Positions 9,487 to 20,396 of a stretch of 64,000 nt of DNA are shown here, one piece after another. The stretch is taken from assembly GCA_004431415.1 (NCBI GenBank), contig QPMI01000005.1, positions 1,255,170 through 1,319,169 on the forward strand. Direction: 5' to 3'. The notes under the pieces are model-generated. The model saw only the letters and a list, made by a program, of their open reading frames with translations, had not been told where the DNA came from and did no database searches. The position numbers and the translations under genes were made by a program. This stretch comes from Cyanophora paradoxa CCMP329 (lineage: Eukaryota > Plantae > Glaucophyta). Numbering within the stretch: the stretch's first letter is position 1; each line of letters starts with the position of its first letter.

Positions 9487-11334
9487 GGGGCCGCGGGGCG
9501 CGGACCCAGGGGCAGCGGGGCGGCGGGCGCAGCGTAGCCCGGCGTGCCGTTCGAGGACGGACTCGGGGCAGAGCGCTGCGCCGTCGTCGCCGCCGCGACG
9601 CCCGTCTGCCTTCAGCGCACGGCCCGCGCCCCCCGTATTCGACCATCGTGAAACGACATGGGAAGTAAGAGAGTGCCGGCGGGCCGCGGACGGTGCGAGC
9701 GGGTGCCGCGGGGCGGGGACCAGGGGCGGCGGGGCGGCGGGCGCAGCGTAGCCCGGCGTGCCGTTCGAGGACGGATTTAGGGCAGAGCGCTGCACCGTCG
9801 ACGCCGCCGCGACGCCCGTCTGCCGTCACCTCACGGTCCGCGCCCCGTATTCGACCATCGTGAAACGACATGGGAAGTAAGAGAGTGCCGGCGGGCCGCG
9901 GACGGTGCGAGCGGGTGCCGCGGGGCGCGGACCAGGGGCGGCGGGGCGGCGGGCGCAGCGTAGCCCGGCGTGCCGTTCGAGGACGGATTTGGGGCTGAGC
10001 GCTGCGCCGTCGTCGCCGCCGCGACGCCCGTCTGCCTTCAGCGCACGGTCCGCGCCCCGTATTCGACCATCGTGAAACGGCATGGGAAGTAAGAGAGTGC
10101 CGGCGGGCCGCGGACGGTGCGAGCGGGTGCCGCGGGGCGCGGACCAGGGGCGGCGGGGCGGCCGGTGCAGCGTAGCCCGGCGTGCCGTTCGAGGACGGCC
10201 TTGGGGCAGAGCGCTGCACCGTCGACGCCGCCGCGACGCCCGTCTGCCGTCAGCGCACGGCCCGCGCCCCGTATTCGACCATCGTGAAACGACATGGGAA
10301 GTAAGAGAGTGCCGGCGGGCCGCGGACGGTGCGAGCGGGTGCCGCGGGGCGCGGACCAGGGGCGGCGGGGCGGCCGGCGCAGCGTAGCCTGGCGTGCCGT
10401 TCGAGGACGGATTTGGGGCTGAGCGCTGCGCCGTCGACGCCGCCGCGACGCCCGTCTGCCGTCACCTCACGGCCCGCGCCCCGTATTCGACCATCGTGAA
10501 ACGGCATGGAAAGTAAGAGAGTGCCGGCGGGCCGCGGACGGTGCGAGCGGGTGCCGCGGGGCGCGGACCAGGGGCGGCGGGGCGGCCGGTGCAGCGTAGC
10601 CCGGCGTGCCGTTCGAGGACGGCCTTGGGGCAGAGCGCTGCACCGTCGACGCCGCCGCGACGCCCGTCTGCCTTCAGCTCACGGCCCGCGCCCCGTATTC
10701 GACCATCGTGAAACGACATGGGAAGTAAGAGAGTGCCGGCGGGCCGCGGACGGTGCGAGCGGGTGCCGCGGGGCGCGGACCAGGGGCGGCGGGGCGGCCG
10801 GCGCAGCGTAGCCTGGCGTGCCGTTCGAGGACGGATTTGGGGCTGAGCGCTGCGCCGTCGACGCCGCCGCGACGCCCGTCTGCCGTCACCTCACGGCCCG
10901 CGCCCCGTATTCGACCATCGTTAAACGGCATGGAAAGTAAGAGAGTGCCGGCGGGCCGCGGACGGTGCGAGCGGGTGCCGCGGGGCGCGGACCAGGGGCG
11001 GCGGGGCGGCGGGCGCAGCGTAGCCCGGCGTGCCGTTCGAGGACGGATTTGGGGCAGAGCGCTGCACCGTCGACGCCGCCGCGACGCCCGTCTGCCTTCA
11101 GCTCACGGCCCGCGCGCCCCGTATTCGACCATCGTGAAACGGCATGGGAAGTAAGAGAGTGCTGGCGGGCCGCGGACGGTGCGAGCGGGTGCCGCGGGGC
11201 GCGGACCAGGGGCGGCGGGGCGGCCGGCGCAGCGTAGCCTGGCGTGCCGTTCGAGGACGGCCTTGGGGCAGAGCGCTGCACCGTCGACGCCGCCGCGACG
11301 CCCGTCTGCCGTCAGCGCCCGGCCCGCGCCCCCC
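9487..11334. repeat. Tandem array A, ~212 bp unit, ~8.5 copies
   Basis: gtattcgaccatcg recurs at ~9635, 9847, 10059, 10271, 10483, 10695, 10907 and 11121. Confidence 0.95.
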
Positions 11335-11526
11335 GACGGGTTCCTTCTCGGCCTTGTCGTGGGAGATGATTTCGAATAGGTAGTTATCGTGTCATTACGT
11401 GTAAACTGAAATTTAATATCAAATTAAACAGGGCGATTCATGATCGATATCATACGACGCATATCTACCTCGATTCGACTCGTTCCTACCGGACGGGTTT
11501 CCGTCGCGCCCCTCGTCGCCGCCCCC

Positions 11527-12132
11527 TCACTCGCCATCCTCGGGAGCGTCCTCTTGCGTCCACGGCTCCGTCGGCACAGAAGGACGGTACGTGCCGCTCT
11601 CGGCATCGAATTCCATCTCGTCGATCGACTCGACGGCAACGTCGCCGCCCAGCCCCGCCTCGCGCATCATCTCCTCGCACAGCGGCGTCGCGTGGACGAA
11701 GGCAAGGTTCCGGGCCGCCCCCACCGCCGTGGGGGCCGGGACGCTCGCCCCGATCCAGAGGCCCGTCACGCCGTCAAGCAGGTCGGCGTCGAGCCGCTCG
11801 GCGAGCTCCCAGTCGGCGACGCCGAGGTAGTAACGCATGCACCAGCCGGGGCCGCGCCCCGCGAGGACGCCGTCGGCCGAGAGGGTCACCTCTTCCGCGC
11901 CGTGCACGAGGGCGAGGCGCTCGCGGAGGCGTCCGGCGAGGGCCGTCGCGTCGGTCCCGCAGACGCCGCCAAACTTGGACGGGCCGGACGGGCGGCCGCG
12001 GGCGTCGGTAAAGATGTACTCGTCGTACGCGCCGGAGCCGTCCAGGTGGACGAGGGGGTAGAGGTCGAGGCCGGCGTTGACGTAGAGGAGACGGCGGGGC
12101 GTGGGGCGGGCGGAATGGACGGCGGCGCGCAT
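11527..12132 (-). CDS. Hypothetical protein, ~200 aa
   Basis: MRAAVHSARP...LLYVNAGLDLYPLVHLDG...YDEYIFTDA; normal globular composition. Confidence 0.6.
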   Translation of the reverse strand: MRAAVHSARPTPRRLLYVNAGLDLYPLVHLDGSGAYDEYIFTDARGRPSGPSKFGGVCGTDATALAGRLRERLALVHGAEEVTLSADGVLAGRGPGWCMRYYLGVADWELAERLDADLLDGVTGLWIGASVPAPTAVGAARNLAFVHATPLCEEMMREAGLGGDVAVESIDEMEFDAESGTYRPSVPTEPWTQEDAPEDGE

Positions 12133-12597
12133 GTTGAGAGGTGGGTGGGGTGATGTGCTTGTGTGGATCGGCCCTCGCGGTCGGGGGACACCTGCTTTTA
12201 CGCGTTGATTCGGCGATTGGGACCCCGATTCGTTTAAAAGAGTACGTTTCGATTGCGAAAGCCAAATCCATTGCACCTAGGACGCTAGAAGAACGGTCTG
12301 ACGCGCGGACGAGTGCTCAAAGGGGCGACGTGGACGTCTACATCAGGAGCCGCCCCCGCCGCCGTGGTAAACTTTTACCGGGACAGGCCGTTGCAACATG
12401 GTCGAGTGCGGGAGCTCGACAGAGGCGGACGGGTGCCGCCGCCCGTGCGTAGCAACATCCAGCACGGGAGCGCGTGCGTTCCCACTCTGACACAGGAAAA
12501 ACGCATAAATTCGTGCGAAACCGTCTCCCGGACAGGGTCCAAACCCGGTTTACCCCACCCTGACCCACTTTCAACCCCCTTTTCCCGCCCTTTTACC

Positions 12598-13392
12598 ATG
12601 TGCTGCATCGACGTCGCCGAGACCGTTGTCACCCCCGAGGGGCCCGTGTGCCCCCACTGCGGCATCGTCGTCGAGACGCAGGGCCCCCTATGCTCCGCCG
12701 CCTCGGACGCGACCGCCGCCGCCGCCGCCGCCGCCGCCGGCGAGACCGCGCCCGACCTCGGCGCCGCCCTCGGCATGCTCCGGGCCCTCGACCGAGAATC
12801 ACGCCCCAGCGGCGGGCTCGGCCGCACGACCGAGGCCACGCTGGAGCGCGTGGTCGACCAGCTCGAGCTGCCGGAGAGCGTCCGGCACCTCGCGCGGCGG
12901 GTCATCTTCCCGAAGAGGCTGCGCACGGGGCGGCGCTCCGACGTTCTCGCGGCGGCGGCCGTGTACCACGCCTCCAAGGCGCTCCGGCACCCCCGGATCC
13001 TCGCCGACGTGATGCAAACGTGCCCCGGGCTCGCGGGACGGCGCGCCCTGGTGCTGCGGGCCATTCGGGACATCCACTTTTTCCAGAAGGAAAACGGCGG
13101 CGACGGCGCCGAGTACGTCCCGCGCCCCGGCGACTACGTCGACATCATCTCGGACCGGCTGCAGCTGCCGCCGGGCGAGCGCGTGCGCGCGCGGCGGCGC
13201 GCGGCGCTGCTGCAGCAGCAGTCCTCGCGGTCCCCGCTGGTGCTCGCCGGCGTCGCGATCTGCGCGGCGACGCCCTCTTCGGTGAGGGACGTCGCGTCGG
13301 CCGCCGGGGTCACGCTGGTCGGACTGCGCAAGGGGCTCGACGCCCTCGGCGTCTGCGCGCTGGCCGAGTCGAGGGTAGGGGTAGAGTCCTAG
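12598..13392 (+). CDS. Transcription initiation factor IIB-like protein
   Basis: Zn ribbon (MCC...EGPVCPHCGIVVE) and two cyclin repeats (VDQLELPESV...GRRSDVLAAAAVYHASKALRHPRILADV; PGDYVDIISDRLQL...SRSPLVLAGVAI...SVRDVASAAGVT). Confidence 0.88.
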   Translation: MCCIDVAETVVTPEGPVCPHCGIVVETQGPLCSAASDATAAAAAAAAGETAPDLGAALGMLRALDRESRPSGGLGRTTEATLERVVDQLELPESVRHLARRVIFPKRLRTGRRSDVLAAAAVYHASKALRHPRILADVMQTCPGLAGRRALVLRAIRDIHFFQKENGGDGAEYVPRPGDYVDIISDRLQLPPGERVRARRRAALLQQQSSRSPLVLAGVAICAATPSSVRDVASAAGVTLVGLRKGLDALGVCALAESRVGVES

Positions 13393-13566
13393 GAGTTGTG
13401 CGAAAATTGTACTCGTACACAAAACGCAGGCGCCGACTCGCTCGAAACGGACCGGACCCGGCGGAACAGTGCACGGGGTAACGCATAAAGGGGAACGGAT
13501 CCCACGTGCGGGGGGCATACCTCTCTCACTTTTTTCAACGCTCCCCACCGACTCTACGACACGTCG

Positions 13567-14205
13567 ATGATCCCCAAAGGCCCCAAGCGGCCCTCCAAGG
13601 CGGACAGGGCGAAACTCGAGCGCGCCGTCATCCGCGACCGCTACCACGAGCTCAAGGCAAACGCTCTCCTGTTCCGCGCCGTCGGCGTCGCGGCGGCCGA
13701 CGCCGCGACCACGGCGATCGACAAGATGGACACCGAGGCGAACCCGATCGACAGGTGGGGCGTACCCAAGCGTCGCAAGGCCCTCGGGCGCCTCGCCGAG
13801 GCGTATCGCTGGGCGGGGCACGTCGACTGCGGGGCGCAGGCCCGGAAGCGCAACAACGATGCCGCCGTACTCGCCGGACAGGCCCTCAGGCGTTCCGGCC
13901 TCTACAAGACGACCACGGACGAGTTTATACAAATGGTCGAAAAGTACGATTCCTGGAAGCACCTCGACGACCTCGGCGAAGAGGAATGGGCCCGCTACGT
14001 CAAGGTCCGCGCGAGCGCCCGGAACCCAAACCCCAACGAGGGATACTACGACGCCCGCCACGCGTTTCTCCTCCTGCGGAGCATCAAACCGCGGTGCTAC
14101 GAGGTGCAGCGCCGTCAGGACGAATTTCGCCGCATACACGTCGAGCTCGACGCCCTCCTCCGCCCCGAAAACCCCTCGCCCGCCTCCCCGCCCCGCGATG
14201 CGTAA
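13567..14205 (+). CDS. Hypothetical helical protein, 212 aa
   Basis: Clean ORF, basic N-terminus, CATAAAG ~80 nt upstream. Confidence 0.65.
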   Translation: MIPKGPKRPSKADRAKLERAVIRDRYHELKANALLFRAVGVAAADAATTAIDKMDTEANPIDRWGVPKRRKALGRLAEAYRWAGHVDCGAQARKRNNDAAVLAGQALRRSGLYKTTTDEFIQMVEKYDSWKHLDDLGEEEWARYVKVRASARNPNPNEGYYDARHAFLLLRSIKPRCYEVQRRQDEFRRIHVELDALLRPENPSPASPPRDA

Positions 14206-14358
14206 CACGTACGCTTGCGATATTGTACAGCGCAATGTGAAATGCGGGTCGGAAAGCTCGCTCGGACCCATGAGAGCGGCGCGAACCGTCCCTGCGTCGG
14301 CCCGCCGTCGGCCCGCGGTCGGGTCGCTTTGTTCATGGTCGAGTCATTGTTGTTGGCC

Positions 14359-14723
14359 GCCGCCCCCCGCGCGCCTAACGTGTTTGGGGAACGGGCCGAC
14401 GGGCAAAAGAGTGCTCGGGGGCGATGCGGACGGATGCAGCAGGAGCCGCCCACGCCGACGTTGCAAACGTTTACTCGGACAGTTCGTTGCAACATGGTCG
14501 AGTGCGCGCGGGGCCCGACAGAGGCGGACGCGTGCCGCCGCCCCCCGCGCGCCTAACGTGTTCGGGGAACGGGCCGACGGGCAAAAGAGTGCTCGGGGGC
14601 GATGCGGACGGATGCAGCAGGAGCCGCCCACGCCGACTTTGCAAACGTGTACTCGGACAGTTCGTTGCAACATGGTCGAGTGCGCGCGGGCCCCGACAGA
14701 GGCGGACGAGTGCCGCCGCCCCT
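14359..14723. repeat. Tandem array B, ~178 bp x2 (related solo unit at ~12345-12445)
   Basis: Duplicated gcgcctaacgtgtt...caaacgt(t/g)tactcggacagttcgttgcaacatggtcgagtgcg. Confidence 0.9.
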
Positions 14724-14743
14724 GCGCGCCCAGACGCGCGCCG

Positions 14744-16220
14744 CTACCCCACCGCGTACACTGCGACGCCGCCCCCGCAGGGCACGACCAAACCCCTCTC
14801 GTCGGGAGTGAACCGAACCTCGCCGGCCGGCGGACCCAGCGACGTAGCCCGCCACCCCGCCGGCGCGCGCAGCTCGAGCGGCGGCCTCGGCCTCGCCGCG
14901 CCGGGAAAGAGGACGGTCACGCCCCGCACGTGCCGGGGGCCCGGAGGCCGGCGCGTCGATGCCGGCCCCTGGGGCGGCGTGCGCACCAGCGCAACGATTT
15001 CGCCCGAGGGAGAGGGGACGGCCCGCACGTGGCGGGGGAGGGAGAGCGCCTCGAAGAGGTCCTCGCGCCCCAGCGCCCCGTCCGGCCGCTCCGGCGCGCA
15101 CCACGCGCCGCTGCGCGGGTCCAGGACCCTCCAGAGGCCGCCCTCTCCCTCTCCTTCTCGCGCATCAAAGAGGACGTAGCGGTGCTCGACGGCCGAGTCG
15201 AGAAAGGGGATGGGCCGGGGCGCGACCAGCGAGCTGCGCCGGACCGTGGCCACCGAGGCGACGCGGTTGCCGTCCGGATCCCAGACAAACGTCTCGCGGC
15301 GGCACCGCACGATGACGCGCCCGCCTGGGACCGGCGAGAGCGAGATGACGCCGCAGACGGAGCGCAGAATTTGCGCCGGCCCGTCGGGCGGGTGGTGAAC
15401 GAGTCGCGCCGTCTGGGGCGTCCAGGACCAGGGGCCCACCCGCACGGCGGGCAGGGGCGGGCAGGGCACCGGCGAGGGCGGGCGGACCATCTCGTGTTCG
15501 CCCGAGCGCGGCGTTGCACTCCGGGGCCGCCACGCAAACGCCTGCCCGCTCGTCTCCACGTGTGCGGCCGGCGGGAGGCCCTCGGCGCGGCCTATGGCCG
15601 TCACGATGCCGGCGATGGGGCCCAGCCGGTCCAAGACGGATCCGTCCCGCAGATCGATCGCCTCGATCGTGGCGCGGGCCCCACGCGTCGCCGCCACCAG
15701 CTCGGGGCCCAGGTAGCGCACGATGCGGACCTCGGAGCCCAAGGAGGGGATGTAGGGAGGGTAAAACGTCAGTGCGCCGCCGCGGAATCGCGCGAGGCGC
15801 CCGTCGCCGAGGCCAAAGACAACCTCGGGCCGCGAGGGCGCCACGCCGAGCGCGGTGGTGGAAAAGGGCGCCCGGCCGCTGTCCGCCACGATGCCGTCCA
15901 GAACGCGCCGGAGGGCAAACGCGCAGGTCGCGTAGTCGATGCAGACGGCGTGCGTTGCGTCGTCGTTGATCAGCAGCTCTCTACGGGGGGCACCCTCCCA
16001 GGAGGCGACGGGTCTGCCGCCGAGAACGTGGGGCGCGAGGTCGGGCGGCGCGTGGTACCCGAGCGCCGCCAGCGAGGGAAAGAGGCGGCGGGCGCGCTCG
16101 TCGGCCGGCACCTCGTCCAGGAGGCGCCGCGAGAGTTTGCAGGCCCGCCGGTGGGCGAGGTACGCAACCGGAGGCGACGCGAGCGCAAGGAGGACGAGTC
16201 CGCGCAGCGGCGGAACGTCA
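14744..16220 (-). CDS. Putative beta-propeller protein with degenerate F-box-like start
   Basis: DVPPLRGLVLLAL...HRRACKLSRRLLDEV followed by beta-rich repeats (EVVFGLGDGRLARF, IEAIDLRDG, TFVWDPDG). True start unclear; may join the upstream Skp1-like ORF by a frameshift. Confidence 0.45.
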
Positions 16221-16607
16221 GGAGGCGTCGTTGCGCTTGCGTTTGGTGCCAGAGGGACGCGTCTCGGGGGCGGCGATGCGCCACGCGCGGGCGATGGCGT
16301 CGTCATCGCTGCATCCATCCGCGAGGATCGCGCTCCGGCGCTCGAGCTCGGGAGCGTCCAGGAACTCGGCGATCGCGACGAGGCGGGCGAGCTGCACGAG
16401 GGCCTCGGCGGGGTCCTTGGGGAGGGCCACGTTTCGCGCGCCGGAGAGGACCTCCTCGGCGAGCAACAGGTTCGAGGCGCAGACGGGGACAAGGGGCGGC
16501 GCGCCCGAGTCGGCGGGGCACTCCGAGGCCGTGCTCAGGACGGTCGACGCGGCGAGGAGGCGGGCGGGGCACTCTATGTTGGCGCCGTCGGCGGTGAGAA
16601 TGCGCAT
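16218..16607 (-). CDS. Skp1/BTB-POZ-like protein
   Basis: MRILTADGANIEC..RLLAASTVL...PLVPVCASNLLLAEEV...LARLVAIAEFLDAPEL parallels Skp1 (LQSSDGEIFEV..SVTIK..PLPNV...LILAANYLDIKGL). Confidence 0.55.
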   Translation of the reverse strand: MRILTADGANIECPARLLAASTVLSTASECPADSGAPPLVPVCASNLLLAEEVLSGARNVALPKDPAEALVQLARLVAIAEFLDAPELERRSAILADGCSDDDAIARAWRIAAPETRPSGTKRKRNDAS

Positions 16608-16804
16608 TCCTTTGCCGCCAGCGGAGGCACGGTCCCCTCGCCTATCCCGCGCGGCCTCCGCACGCGCGCACGTCGCTGTTGGCGGCGCTGGGCCGCGCGG
16701 GCTCGCATTTACCCGTTTAACCCCCCGCCCCGCCCCGCCCCGCCCCGCCCCCATCCACTCTCGGCGCGCAAAAACTAGAAATTGTGCACACGATCATTTG
16801 CTAC

Positions 16805-17023
16805 CTAGGAACGGGCGCGGCGCGGGCGGGGCGCGGGCACGGTCGCGAGGCCGGCGGCGTGGGCCTCGGCGACGGGATCGTACGCGTTGAGGATCTCGCA
16901 GATGCGCTCGTCGATCGTAGGATCCTCGGGGCACGGCGGGAGGTGCTTAAAGTGCTCGATTGTCCAGATGAAGCGGGCGGGCGCGGTCGCGTCGCGGTCG
17001 CGGGGTGCGGCGGTGGAGGACAT
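16805..17023 (-). CDS. Small hypothetical protein
   Basis: MSSTAAPRD...RFIWTIEHFKHLPP...; short, and not a shadow of another gene. Confidence 0.35.
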   Translation of the reverse strand: MSSTAAPRDRDATAPARFIWTIEHFKHLPPCPEDPTIDERICEILNAYDPVAEAHAAGLATVPAPRPRRARS

Positions 17024-17222
17024 GTCTCGGTGCGGAAGAGTGGCGCACCCTCGGGTCCGCCGCGCCAGCAACCCGCTCGTGCGGCTCCGTTTCGTTCAAC
17101 TTGGTCCGGCGAGCACCGTACCCCCGCGGGGGGGAGGGGAGGGGGAGGGGGCCGGCCCTTCACGACGCCGTGCCTATAAAAGACGTGTCCCTCCCCCCCC
17201 ATCCCGACATCCCCCCGCGCCC

Positions 17223-18392
17223 ATGGAGACCCTCCCTCTGGCGCTCCAGTCGCACGTCGTCTCCTTTCTCGGCGCCCCCGACGCCGCGCGCCTTGCCGGC
17301 GCCTCGCGCGGCATGGATCGCGTCGTCGACGGGTCCGACGCCTACTGGGCCGAGCAGCTGGCGCGGCGCGGGATCGTTGTCCCCTCGTCGCTCCCGACGG
17401 GCGCCGCGCGCGAGATCTTTACCCTGACCGCCAACTCGACCTGCGCCTCGTGCCGTCGGGGCGCCGACGGGACCAAGTGCCCCCTCGCAGGGTGCGTCGC
17501 CTGCGCCCGCTGCCGCGAGCCCGTCGGGGCCCTGACCGCGGCCGAGCTCGCGGACCTCCCCCCCTCGGCGGCGCGCGGCCTCGCCCGGTTCCCGCACCGT
17601 CCGGGCCGGACGACGCTGGCGGTTGCCATGGCGGAGCGGGACCGACGCGCGCTCCGTCCCGCCCCGCCGCGCGCCGAGTCGTCCAAGGAGCTCGCCGGGC
17701 GGTTCGGGCTGAGCCTCAAGTGGTTTGGAATCCCCGGGGGCATCCCGGTGGTGGGGTACGACGGGGCAAACCTGGAGGAGCGCTACGATCCCGCGTTTGC
17801 GCGCCGCTGGGCCGCGGACCGCCGCGGTCCCGACCCCGAGGGCGCCGCGCAGCGGATGCGCGAGGGGCGCGCGCGGCGCAAGCAGGTGCTCCTCCATCGC
17901 CTCGAGGAGGAGAAGCGGATGCTGGAGGAGCGCCGCGATCGGATCGTCGAGCGGCTCACCGCCGTTGCGGAGCGGTACGACCCGCCGCTGCAGATCACGG
18001 CGGATGTGGAACTGGACCATCGGAACCGTCTGTACGTGATCTGCGGAAAAGTGGCCCGGGCCAACACAACCGGCTGGCAGCTCGACACGCTGTACCCGCG
18101 CGGCGACGAACTCGAGTCGGAGGACACGTACAATGCCTTTCCGGGCGTGCGGGAGACCACGTTTCCCGCGTTCTTCCGTCTCTTTGACGAGCAGAAGCCC
18201 AACGCCCACCGCGAATATCGACTGGGTCGCCTCGCCGCGGCGCTCGGGGCGGTGGATGTTGTGATCGCGCGGCCCGAGCCGACGCCGGCGACTCCGCTCT
18301 ACCTGTACCTGTATGCTGGAGTCAAGGCGCGCTTTGAGGAGGCGTTGGAGGAGCTGCGGGGCATCCTCGCCTCGCGCGGGAAACGCCAGTAG
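17223..18392 (+). CDS. F-box protein with Cys-rich (Zn) region
   Basis: METLPLALQSHVVSFLGAPDAARLAGASRGMDRVV..DAYW; CASC...CPLAGCVACARC; TATAAAAG upstream. Confidence 0.75.
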   Translation: METLPLALQSHVVSFLGAPDAARLAGASRGMDRVVDGSDAYWAEQLARRGIVVPSSLPTGAAREIFTLTANSTCASCRRGADGTKCPLAGCVACARCREPVGALTAAELADLPPSAARGLARFPHRPGRTTLAVAMAERDRRALRPAPPRAESSKELAGRFGLSLKWFGIPGGIPVVGYDGANLEERYDPAFARRWAADRRGPDPEGAAQRMREGRARRKQVLLHRLEEEKRMLEERRDRIVERLTAVAERYDPPLQITADVELDHRNRLYVICGKVARANTTGWQLDTLYPRGDELESEDTYNAFPGVRETTFPAFFRLFDEQKPNAHREYRLGRLAAALGAVDVVIARPEPTPATPLYLYLYAGVKARFEEALEELRGILASRGKRQ

Positions 18393-18624
18393 GTCCGCTG
18401 TAGTTGAGCTATCTGTCGAATATTGATATTGAATCGACAGTGAAATTCGACTTGGAGATATCTCTAGGGCGGTGCTAACCTCAAAAAGACGATACTGCGG
18501 AATTCAATATCACAACTATAGGATCATCCGGTAAAGCGCACGTTCAAGCGGCTTGGTCAGTGGATCCAGAGCCTCGGTCGTGAGGGCCCGGCGGGGCATA
18601 CCTCGGGGGCAGCGCGGACCGTGG

Positions 18625-20258
18625 GACGGAGCGCCGCCTCCCTCGTCGGGCCGCCCACCGCATACCACGCTCTCAGAACGGCCTGCAAAACGGAAGTTTG
18701 CGAGCGGAGGGCCTACCTTGCCGGCTGCTAGTGGACGTTTACTCCCTAGCCCGTTTCCGGACGGCAGTATACGCACAGGTCGCAAGGGCGCTGCGGACGA
18801 GTGCCCGGCCCGCCCAGCCCCCTAGCGCCGTTCCTCCTCCGGGACAGCGCGCCGCCGCCCTCGCCGGGCTGCCCACCGTATACCACGCTCTCAGAACGGC
18901 CTGCGCCGCGACATTTTACTTCCCGATCGTGGCGGCGCGGCGGCGGGGCGAGCGGGGCGCCTACCTCACCGGCTGCTAGTGGACGTTTACTTCCCAGGTC
19001 GTTTCCGGACGGCGGTATACGCACAGGTCGCAAGGGCGCTGCGGACGAGTGCCCGGCCCGCCCAGCCCCCTAGCGCCGTTCCTCCTCCGGGACAGCGCGC
19101 CGCCGCCCTCGCCGGGCTGCCCACCGTATACCACGCTCTCAGAACGGCCCGCGCCACGATATTTTACTTTCCGATCGTGGCGGCGCGGCGGCGGGGGCGA
19201 GCGGGGCGACCTCGCCGGCTGCCAGTGGACGTTTACTTCCCAGCCCGTTTCCGGACGTTGGTATACGCACAGGTCGCAAGGGCGCTGCGGACGAGTGCCC
19301 GGCCCGCCCCGCCCCCTAGCGCCGTTCCGCCTCCGGGACAGCGCGCCGCCGCCCTCGCCGGGCTGCCCACCGTATACCACGCTCTCAGAACGGCCCGCGC
19401 CACGACATTTTACTTTCCGATCGCGGCGGCGCGGCGGCGGGGGGCGAGCGGGGCGACCTCGCCGGCTGCCAGTGGACGTTTACTTCCCAGGTCGTTTCCG
19501 GACGGCGGTATACGCACAGGTCGCAAGGGCGCTGCGGACGAGTGCCCGGTCCGCCCCGCCCCTAGCGCCGTTCCTCCTGCGGGACAGCGCGCCGCCGCCC
19601 TCGCCGGGCTGCCCACCGTATACCACGCTCTCAGAACGGCCTGCGCCGCGACATTTTACTTCCCGATCGTGGCGGCGCGGCGGCGGGGCGAGCGGGGCGC
19701 CTACCTCACCGGCTGCTAGTGGACGTTTACTTCCCAGGTCGTTTCCGGACGGCGGTATACGCACAGGTCGCAAGGGCGCTGCGGACGAGTGCCCGGTCCG
19801 CCCCGCCCCTAGCGCCGTTCCTCCTCCGGGACAGCGCGCCGCCGCCCTCGCCGGGCTGCCCGCCGTATACCACGCTCTCAGAACGGCCTGCGCCGCGACA
19901 TTTTACTTTCCGATCGCGGCGGCGCGGCGGCGGGGGCGAGCGGGGCGCCTACCTCACCGGCTGCTAGTGGACGTTTACTTCCCAGCCCGTTTCCGGACGT
20001 TGGTATACGCACAGGTCGCAAGGGCGCTGCGGACGAGTGCCCGGTCCGCCCAGCCCCCTAGCGCCGTTCCTCCTCCGGGACAGCGCGCCGCCGCCCTCGC
20101 CGGGCTGCCCACCGTATACAACGCTCTCAGAACGGCCTGCGCCGCGACATTTTACTTTCCGATCGCGGCGGCGCGGCGGCGGGGGCGAGCGGGGCGACCT
20201 CGCCGGCTGCTAGTGGACGTTTACTTCCCAGGTCGTTTCCGGACGGCGTTTTACGCAC
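18625..20258. repeat. Tandem array C, ~247 bp unit, ~6.5 copies
   Basis: gtggacgtttac recurs at ~18731, 18979, 19226, 19472, 19719, 19967 and 20213. Confidence 0.95.
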
Positions 20259-20396
20259 CGCTATCTGATCCGCACCCGCGCGGATGAAACTAAATCCATA
20301 AATTGAACCGCTTGAATCGTCGAGCGCTCCTACAACTGCTCCGTCCCTCCCGCAAACCCTCCCCCGCCATCCCCTCGCTCCACCACGGGGCTCGGC

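Noticed and set aside
9487-11334. Arrays A, C and E as CRISPR arrays or coding repeats
   Set aside because: Whole units repeat with no unique spacers and there are no cas genes; the short ORFs are by-products of the repeats.
13859-16597. 912-aa plus-strand ORF
   Set aside because: Runs through repeat B and antisense to better-supported minus-strand genes; low-complexity translation.
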